A stretch of DNA of 24,000 nt from Fidelibacterota bacterium. GTDB lineage: Bacteria > Fidelibacterota > Marinisomatia > Marinisomatales > TCS55. The position numbers and the translations under genes are program-made. Below are positions 18,596 through 24,000 of this stretch, piece after piece. The first letter of the stretch is position 1, and each line of letters starts with the position of its first letter. The notes below the pieces were generated by a model that had not been told where the DNA came from, made no database searches, and was given only the letters and a program-made list of their open reading frames with translations. The stretch is taken from NCBI GenBank assembly GCA_014239435.1, contig JAAZYX010000033.1:64871-88870 (forward strand). Reading direction: 5' to 3'.

Positions 18596-20182
18596 TCAGG
18601 AACCTGCCTGATGCGCAATAATCAGCCAGCCTTTGGCTTCATTATCTTCCGGGTTCAACTCAAGGCTACGGTTCCACGCCGCTTTGGCAAGCTGCGTTTC
18701 CTGCATTTTCCAATACGTTACTCCCATGCCGAGATACGCTTTAGAATCGGATGGTTTGAGTTCCACCACTTCTTGAAATGCAGCCAGCGATTCTTTATAC
18801 ATGCTACGCTCGCGATAGGTTTTCCCAAGCGTTCGCATCGCGCCTGAAAGCCATGCGCTTGTATTAGAATTGATGCTCATTGCTTTGTCAAAAGCAGACC
18901 TTCCCTGCGCTGACTTGCCAATCCTGTTGTATTCTACTGCCAGCACATAATACGTCTGCGGTAGCAGCATGCGCACCAGCGGATGGTGCGGATCGTAGTG
19001 TAGCAAATCTTCCCACGCATTGGCGGCGCGACCCCATTCGGAGGCATTAAAATAGCTGAGTCCCTGCATGTACCGCGCATCCACATTGTAGGGATCCAGA
19101 TAAACGACATCGCTGTAGCCGAGAGCCGAATACACATATTTCCCCTGATTATAATAGAGGTTTGCCAGCGCCATATGGGATTCCTTGTTTTTTGGATCCA
19201 TATGGATAGCGTTCTGGTACGAAGTTTTTGCGTCGTCAATATCACCGAGGTCTTCGTGTCCTTTTCCCTGAAGATATACAAATCCGCTATGGTCAGGATG
19301 CTGTTCGGACGCTGATTTGGCGAGCATGATGGCTTGTTGTGTGTCGCCTGATTTCAATTTACTTCGGATTGCCATCATCTGTTGCGCGGGACCATCCGGA
19401 TGTTTTGTAGCTGAGCGTGACAACACTTCGCTGCTCATATTTTTCCCGCGGGATGATCCTAAAAAGGATGCCATTGCGTTCAATGTTTGATAATGGTCCG
19501 GATTGAGATCGAGCGCTTCTTCGTAAGAATGCTGCGCTTTCCCGAGATCGCCGACACGCGCATACAGCGAACCGAGAAAATAATGGTAATCCGGATTCAG
19601 CGGTTGTTTGACCAAGAGCCGAAAATACACATCTTTCGCTTGTTCAAATTCCTGTACCGATTCGTAATGCAGTCCAAGTTGACGCTGGAGGCGGATATTC
19701 TGCGGTTCTTTGTCCGCAGCTTTTTCATAATCCGCAGTGGTAAATGCTTGTCGGGAATCGAGCCGAACAAGTCGGCGTTCTTCCGGGCCTTTCAAGTACG
19801 ATGTTGCGCGGGTTAATTGATCAGAACTAACATTGAGCGCTTCCGTGATCGTGAATAATTCATCTGTAAATTCCGTAACACTAATTTTTGGCGGACGTGC
19901 ACGGTCAAGCGCTTCTTTTTTGGGTGCGGATTTCTTTTTCTTTGCTTTTTTCTTTTTGGTCGGTCGTTTCTTCTTCTTCTTTTTCGCTTTGCCCTTTTTC
20001 TTTTTCTTTGAAGATTTTTTCTTGGACGATTTCTTTTTCTTAGAGGATTTTTTCTTCTTTTTCTTCTTCTTCTTTTTGGTAGTTTGGGCAGATACGGCAG
20101 TGCTGAACATCGGCAAAACTCCGCCGATAATTACGGTTCCGATTAGGATTCGGATGAGCCAGGCTGTGAGTAGTCGCTTCAT
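18596..20182 (-). CDS. TPR-repeat protein with an N-terminal signal or anchor and a poly-lysine tract.
   Basis: 528 aa. The N-terminus MKRLLTAWLIRILIGTVIIGGVLPMFSTAVSA|Q is followed by residues 36-89, which hold 39 Lys in 54 residues. Many TPR units follow (AKDVYFRLLVKQPLNPDYHYFLGSLYARVGDLGKAQHSYEEALDLNPDH and others). Confidence 0.85.
   Translation of the reverse strand: MKRLLTAWLIRILIGTVIIGGVLPMFSTAVSAQTTKKKKKKKKKKSSKKKKSSKKKSSKKKKKGKAKKKKKKRPTKKKKAKKKKSAPKKEALDRARPPKISVTEFTDELFTITEALNVSSDQLTRATSYLKGPEERRLVRLDSRQAFTTADYEKAADKEPQNIRLQRQLGLHYESVQEFEQAKDVYFRLLVKQPLNPDYHYFLGSLYARVGDLGKAQHSYEEALDLNPDHYQTLNAMASFLGSSRGKNMSSEVLSRSATKHPDGPAQQMMAIRSKLKSGDTQQAIMLAKSASEQHPDHSGFVYLQGKGHEDLGDIDDAKTSYQNAIHMDPKNKESHMALANLYYNQGKYVYSALGYSDVVYLDPYNVDARYMQGLSYFNASEWGRAANAWEDLLHYDPHHPLVRMLLPQTYYVLAVEYNRIGKSAQGRSAFDKAMSINSNTSAWLSGAMRTLGKTYRERSMYKESLAAFQEVVELKPSDSKAYLGMGVTYWKMQETQLAKAAWNRSLELNPEDNEAKGWLIIAHQAGS
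19916..20077 (-). repeat. Low-complexity AAA/AAG (Lys) codon tract inside the TPR gene.
   Basis: The plus strand is an almost pure pyrimidine T/C run (ttcttcttctttttc...). It encodes KKKKKKKKKKSSKKKKSSKKKSSKKKKKGKAKKKKKKRPTKKKKAKKKKSAPKK on the minus strand. Confidence 0.9.
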
Positions 20183-20201
20183 TGTAGGAAAATGAATTTA
20201 C

Positions 20202-20231
20202 AAAAACCTCCTTTTAGAAAAAGGGGTTTTT
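20202..20231 (-). terminator. Rho-independent terminator closing the metal-handling operon.
   Basis: The minus-strand RNA AAAAACCCCUUUUUCUAAAAGGAGGUUUUU forms a long stem (the A-tract pairs with the U-tract; the CCCC/GGAGG core has one wobble) and ends in a U-run. It lies 25 nt after the BNR gene stop. Confidence 0.6.
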
Positions 20232-20255
20232 ACTCCCAAAAATTGCTCGAGTAAA

Positions 20256-21443
20256 TTACAATTTAGATACCGGAATCCATTTCGATTCCACTTTCCCGGA
20301 TTCGCCGCTGCTCGTCCATGCCAGAAAAATCTTTCTTCCGCTGCGTGCAATAACCGGGTAACCGCTGGCCCTTCCAGCATCAATTTCTGCCGCAATAAAC
20401 GGCTTTCCCAAACGACCATTAATCGAAACGGTCCGGAATACAATATGGGTATTTTCTTCCCCATATTCCATCCAGCTAGCCAATGCTCTACGTCCATCCA
20501 GCCACATGAGGTCCGTCCTGCCGATCGGCATTCCGCCGTCCAGCCGCTTCGGTTCCTGAAAAGTTTTTCCGTTATCATTCGATAAAGCAAACAGAACCTG
20601 CGGTGTTTCATTTGGTGATGTAAACCAGACAGATGCCAGCGAGTTTCCTCTTGAAGCGAGTTTCGGACCATTCACCGGACAGCCGGCAATCTTCCAATTG
20701 TCAGCATGAATCGGCGCCGGTTTTGTCCATTCTTTTTCGTTCAGCCGCACAACATACATATCTCGGATTTCCGTATCAGATCTGTCCCTGTACGCCAACA
20801 CAATTCCGTCTTTAGTTTCGACCGCCGATGTCGGGCAGCATTCGCAAACCTTGTCATCGAGCAGCGTTTCCGGCCCGAGTTTTCCGGATGCATCCAACGT
20901 TGTCGAAAACAAATTCATGGCGCCGTAATCGTGATCACCGTGGCCGGCGGTCATATTTCGCCCGTCCAGCCAAGCCAAAGCTAAAGAACCGTCAGGATTT
21001 GTGAAAAATGATACAAATCCGTGTTCTCCCTTTTTCCCGTCTCTGTGCGCCGTTATGGAAGACGTCCATGTGTGCCCGCGGTCAAATGACTGAGACACTT
21101 TCACATCGTAATCGTAAGGTCCGGTTCCGCTTTTTTGGGGCCAGTGCGCCGCAAAATTGTTTTCCCCGAAAAAGTAAATAGACGGAAAATCAGCCCAGTT
21201 TACAAAATAGTCTTCGCCTGAAGTAATCGTAACCGGCTCAGTCCATTGGGATCCTGCGTATTCAGACATTTTCAGGCTGAATTTTTCTCCCAACGGCTCA
21301 AACCAGCACACAGCAAATCCGCGGTCGGTTTCCGTGATATTCGGATACCGGCTGCCGGCACCTGTCGGAGCATCGGTTGAAGACCCGGCCAAAAGAATTT
21401 GGAAAAGTACCGGGATCAGAATGAGCCTCCGACCCCGATTCAA
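20256..21443 (-). CDS. Secreted BNR/Asp-box (sialidase-like) beta-propeller protein with conserved-looking Cys clusters.
   Basis: 395 aa. The first codon is TTG (no in-frame ATG until about residue 59), giving the signal peptide MNRGRRLILIPVLFQILLAGSS. Asp-box motifs are SFDRGHTW and SNDNGKTF. Cys clusters are DDKVCECCPTS and IAGCPVNGP. Confidence 0.8.
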   Translation of the reverse strand: MNRGRRLILIPVLFQILLAGSSTDAPTGAGSRYPNITETDRGFAVCWFEPLGEKFSLKMSEYAGSQWTEPVTITSGEDYFVNWADFPSIYFFGENNFAAHWPQKSGTGPYDYDVKVSQSFDRGHTWTSSITAHRDGKKGEHGFVSFFTNPDGSLALAWLDGRNMTAGHGDHDYGAMNLFSTTLDASGKLGPETLLDDKVCECCPTSAVETKDGIVLAYRDRSDTEIRDMYVVRLNEKEWTKPAPIHADNWKIAGCPVNGPKLASRGNSLASVWFTSPNETPQVLFALSNDNGKTFQEPKRLDGGMPIGRTDLMWLDGRRALASWMEYGEENTHIVFRTVSINGRLGKPFIAAEIDAGRASGYPVIARSGRKIFLAWTSSGESGKVESKWIPVSKL

Positions 21444-21458
21444 GTTTACAATAATGGC

Positions 21459-21794
21459 TTACTCCTTGCCGGGGATTTTACAACACATGTCCAGCTTGGC
21501 ATATGCCTCTTTGTTTGCCGGAGTATCGTTCGCATCATATCCGGCGCCGGCAATGGCCTTTTCAATTGCCGCCATATCAAGCACGCCTGCTTCATATACA
21601 ACTTTGCCGACTTTCTTATCGTCATCAATTTCGATGCTTACAAAACCTTTCAGCCCTGACAATGCATTTTCAATATTCATGGAACACATGCCGCACTGCA
21701 TTGTGCTTAGTGCTACATCGGCTGTTTTATTTTTCTCTCCGCATGCAGAAATTATCATGGCCGCTGCTGCAATTAGAATTAGGGATTTTTTCAT
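21459..21794 (-). CDS. Heavy-metal-associated (HMA) domain lipoprotein, MerP/CopZ-like and periplasmic.
   Basis: I prefer the ATG at 21794, with AGGAAA upstream. This gives MKKSLILIAAAAMIISAC (lipobox ISAC), then the HMA motif STMQCGMCSMNIENAL (M-x-C-x-x-C) on a ferredoxin-like fold. A C-terminal MCC pair is also present. The track ORF start at 21833 is a TTG that overlaps the upstream gene. Confidence 0.85.
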   Translation of the reverse strand: MKKSLILIAAAAMIISACGEKNKTADVALSTMQCGMCSMNIENALSGLKGFVSIEIDDDKKVGKVVYEAGVLDMAAIEKAIAGAGYDANDTPANKEAYAKLDMCCKIPGKE

Positions 21795-21822
21795 GGTATT
21801 TCCTTTCATTATTTTGGTGATA

Positions 21823-22812
21823 TCACTCCTCAAATTTAAAAAGAGTGAATGATTTTCGAACGCTTAGAGATCCACCCCAAACATCCGTTTTACTCGTTAC
21901 TTCTATTTCTTCCTGGCTCGTTACGCTCGTATTGAAATACACCGGAGAACGAGTAGAAACTGTTGCAAAATATCCGTTCTTCGTGAAGGTCAGACCGCCT
22001 CCGAGTTGCAAAACACTTCCACCGGAATTCGGCGCCTCTTCTCCATCCCAAATAGCCGGGTTTCGATATTGGCCAAGCAATTGGAAAAATGGAATCCCGC
22101 CCCAAAAGGATTTTGTCTGAATATAAACCAGCATCGCTCCGGAAAATTGTATTCCGGGCTTAAATCCGTACTCATTTGTTTCCAAAGGCACATCCACTTT
22201 CAACACGCCGCCCGGGAATATGGAACCGTCAGTCCGTCTGAAGTACTGGAATTCCGCATGACCTTTGACCACGCCTTCGCTCAAATTGAAATGCGTGTGG
22301 GATTCCCCGGCTTTCCCAAGTTTAAATGGATTTTCAGTCAAAGTATTGCTCGATGGAATAACGATTCCGCCGCCAATGAAAATCCGCTGGCCGGGGCCGA
22401 AAGTCGTATTCTCAAATAAATACCGAAGCGTAATTCGGGTATCCCCAAAACCAATTTTGTTTTCATCGCGGTGATGAATATTCGCGGCACGATAAAAATC
22501 CATGGATCTGTTTCCTGTCATAACATCTGCGCTCAAATTCCAATTATCGGAAAACCCGTAGGTTGCATTTATTTCCGCTAAACTTGAATTCAGATTTCCT
22601 TCGTGGTCGCCGCCGGATGCTTCCAGTTCGCTGTGCCACCATTCGATATTTTGCACCGTCATATTTGCACCAATGATAAGTTTTCCCTTATCTAAACCAA
22701 CTCCAGAATTGGCCGTCCCGACCGGGAGGCTTGGATTCGTTCAAAGAGGTCATTGGCCCCACAACAAAACAGACATAAAAAAAGGTATCAGATTTTTCAG
22801 CACACTTTTCAT
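21823..22812 (-). CDS. Predicted outer-membrane beta-barrel protein with two in-frame TGA codons (22750-22752 and 22741-22743). Candidate U-x-x-U selenoprotein; a nonsense-disrupted pseudogene is the alternative.
   Basis: The ATG at 22812-22810 overlaps the YdjM-like gene stop (ATGA) and has GAAGGGA 8 nt upstream. The reading is MKSVLKNLIPFFMSVLLWGQ-TGA-PL-TGA-TNPSLPVGTANSGVGLDKGKLIIGAN-MTVQNIEWW.... This is the same frame as the 279-aa track ORF (150 nt = 50 codons upstream). The track ORF alone has no signal peptide. The body has alternating aromatic and hydrophobic strands and a C-terminal FTLFKFEE, consistent with a roughly 300-aa OM barrel. Confidence 0.5.
22712..22730 (-). promoter_or_regulatory. 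SECIS-like RNA hairpin downstream of the two UGA codons.
   Basis: The mRNA GCCUCCC-GGUC-GGGA(C)GGC forms 7 bp (6 of them G:C) with one bulged C and an apical loop GGUC. The loop begins 17 nt after the second UGA and 26 nt after the first. The E. coli fdhF SECIS also presents a GGUC sequence at its apex, with essential G and U. I identified this by eye, not with a scoring model. Confidence 0.4.
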
Positions 22813-23345
22813 GCTGATAATCCCTTCAATTTATTTTTCCCTAACAAGATGAAAGCAATACCATTCATGGCGATTTCAAACCACAGCAATACTATGTTCT
22901 CAATGTAAAATGAGAAATATGGATCTCGAATCATTTCCCACACCGGTATCTGCCCTTTTTCCGGCTGAACCGGATACACATCAAAATTGATCGAGCTGAA
23001 CGGATACAGCCATTGAATTCCAACCGTGCGTGCCGTAATCCAATCGGTAACCAGATGAAGCATGGCACCCAGGAAAATTGCGAGTGAAACGGGTTTCATC
23101 CAGCTGAAGTTTGAAAACATTCCCAATCCCGTCATTCCTGAAAAAATGAATAACCAAAAAATTGGTGTATGCAAAATCGAATGATGCCCCGCCACCGTTG
23201 TAGACCAAATTCCATCCACATCCGGCAGAATAGATGCAATCAGTAACACAGGTAAAAACGGTGCAGCGGTCTGAGAGGAATTTTCCTTTTGATGAAGGGC
23301 ATTTCCCAATAGGTATCCGGACGCTATATGTGATGGAAGAAACAT
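22809..23345 (-). CDS. YdjM/DUF457-family membrane-bound metal-dependent hydrolase-like protein.
   Basis: 178 aa, polytopic. It has the family pattern H...ILPDVDGIW...GHHSILHTP plus a later HLVTDW. It starts 4 nt after the DUF4396 gene stop. Confidence 0.75.
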   Translation of the reverse strand: MFLPSHIASGYLLGNALHQKENSSQTAAPFLPVLLIASILPDVDGIWSTTVAGHHSILHTPIFWLFIFSGMTGLGMFSNFSWMKPVSLAIFLGAMLHLVTDWITARTVGIQWLYPFSSINFDVYPVQPEKGQIPVWEMIRDPYFSFYIENIVLLWFEIAMNGIAFILLGKNKLKGLSA

Positions 23346-23348
23346 GAT

Positions 23349-23873
23349 TTAATGGATGTGCCGGTATCCTTTTTTCACCATCATCAAATTAATCGGCCAT
23401 GCGGCAACAAATCCTGCCGTAAGCGCAAATGCCATTCCAATCCAAAGAATAGGGTCAAACAATCCTGCCTGCATGAATCCTGGTGTGTACACTTCCACCA
23501 GCACTTCCGCCGTTTCCATGAATACTATGCTCAATCCTTCGGCCAACAGCACCTGCTTGAAAGCATTGTTGAAAGAATATCCGTGTTTCAGGAGGGGTTT
23601 CATTCCGAGGATAAATCCAAATACAAACCCAAGAGAAACCGCCAACGCAATGGATGGTATGATAGCCAAGCCGAGCTTCATGGCAATTAGCATTCCTACT
23701 ATTTCGCCGAGCCCGCAGCCCATCAGACAGTGCAGCGTCGCTGATGTGGCAAGTTTTGCGTCTGAAATCTCTTCGCCTCCGTTGTGATGCTCATGATGTT
23801 CATGCCCTTCATGGTCATGATCGTTTTTGTCGTGATCATGATGATCGTGACTATGGTCGTGTTCTGATGTCAT
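23349..23873 (-). CDS. DUF4396-family membrane protein with an extremely His-rich N-terminal tail.
   Basis: 174 aa. MTSEHDHSHDHHDHDKNDHDHEGHEHHEHH has 13 His within residues 5-30. It is followed by TLHCLMGCGLGEIVGM (the HC-x2-GC-x-GE motif typical of DUF4396) and TM helices. AGGGA lies upstream of the ATG. Confidence 0.75.
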   Translation of the reverse strand: MTSEHDHSHDHHDHDKNDHDHEGHEHHEHHNGGEEISDAKLATSATLHCLMGCGLGEIVGMLIAMKLGLAIIPSIALAVSLGFVFGFILGMKPLLKHGYSFNNAFKQVLLAEGLSIVFMETAEVLVEVYTPGFMQAGLFDPILWIGMAFALTAGFVAAWPINLMMVKKGYRHIH

Positions 23874-23900
23874 AATATCGTTTTCCCTTTGAGATATTGA

Positions 23901-23929
23901 ATTAAAAAATTATTGCATTATAATTTCAA
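23901..23929 (-). promoter_or_regulatory. Candidate sigma70-type promoter of the metal operon.
   Basis: The minus strand reads TTGAAA-N17-TTTAAT, ending about 27 nt upstream of the DUF4396 ATG. A perfect TATAAT (23917-23922) also lies in this region as an alternative -10. This is a pattern match only. Confidence 0.35.
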
Positions 23930-23936
23930 ATTTTAT

Positions 23937-23971
23937 GAGAGTCTTTCGAGAAAATTCCCCGAAAGACTCTC
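23937..23971. repeat. Perfect 12-bp inverted repeat with an 11-nt spacer. It is either an operator for the metal operon or the terminator of the upstream gene.
   Basis: GAGAGTCTTTCG (23937-23948) and CGAAAGACTCTC (23960-23971) are exact reverse complements. The repeat ends 7 nt upstream of the candidate -35. The minus-strand tail AUAAAAUUU is only weakly U-rich. Confidence 0.5.
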
Positions 23972-24000
23972 TTCCATTTTCTATGTTTTCTTACAACAGG

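Noticed and set aside
19833-20195. A 120-aa plus-strand poly-Phe ORF and the repetitive T/C-rich DNA considered as a possible CRISPR or tandem-repeat element.
   Set aside because: It is the antisense of the Lys codon tract. There is no repeat-spacer periodicity, and the minus-strand frame continues seamlessly into TPR repeats.
20198-20671. A 157-aa minus-strand ORF overlapping the BNR gene.
   Set aside because: It is out of frame with a gene that has clear Asp-box motifs. Its sequence is Arg/Trp-rich, which is typical of an off-frame artefact, and it runs through the terminator hairpin.
21823-22662. The 279-aa track ORF as a complete stand-alone gene starting at Met 22662.
   Set aside because: The product looks like an exported OM barrel, but MTVQNIEWWHSELE is not a signal peptide. 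The nearest SD-like sequence is about 21 nt upstream. A coupled ATG with a signal peptide lies in the same frame 50 codons upstream.
22741-22752. The in-frame TGAs explained by an alternative genetic code (TGA = Trp or Gly, codes 4/25).
   Set aside because: TGA clearly terminates many well-defined genes in this window, including the pilM, pilN, pilO and pilP-like genes, the 734-aa protein, ispG, yifB, the FMN reductase-like gene and the YdjM-like gene. Global reassignment is therefore excluded.
1-24000. A search for mobile elements, defence islands, CRISPR arrays, tRNA or rRNA genes.
   Set aside because: There are no transposase, integrase or recombinase-like ORFs and no repeat-spacer arrays. 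The intergenic space is too small for structured RNA genes: the largest gaps are about 330 bp (12091-12421) and 127 bp (23874-24000). Neither shows tRNA-like cloverleaf arms.

Overview
All coding in this 24 kb window is on the minus strand, in tightly packed operons. It looks like a Gram-negative environmental bacterium; I cannot assign taxonomy from sequence alone. There are three blocks. (1) 1-12143 is a compact type IV pilus operon: a candidate sigma54 promoter, then pilA, pilT, two minor pilins, a 705-aa PilX_N-anchored protein, pilM, pilN, pilO, a pilP-like gene, pilQ, a 734-aa Ig-like protein and pilB (cut by the window edge). Almost every junction abuts or overlaps. (2) 12159-20182 is housekeeping: an alpha/beta-hydrolase remnant, proline iminopeptidase, an FMN reductase-like gene, yifB/comM, small envelope proteins, ispG and two TPR proteins, one carrying a 54-residue poly-lysine tract. 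(3) 20202-23971 is a five-gene envelope metal-handling operon: a His-rich DUF4396 membrane protein, a YdjM-like membrane hydrolase, an outer-membrane beta-barrel, an HMA (MxCxxC) lipoprotein and a Cys-rich BNR propeller, ending in a terminator. The main finding is in the barrel gene. The 279-aa track ORF has no signal peptide. A good signal peptide lies 50 codons upstream in the same frame, starting at an ATG coupled by ATGA overlap to the upstream gene. Two in-frame TGA codons spaced like CxxC (U-P-L-U) separate it from the track ORF. A GC-rich hairpin with a GGUC apical loop follows them. This fits a UxxU selenoprotein, with a pseudogene as the alternative. I found no rRNA, tRNA, CRISPR, transposase or integrase.
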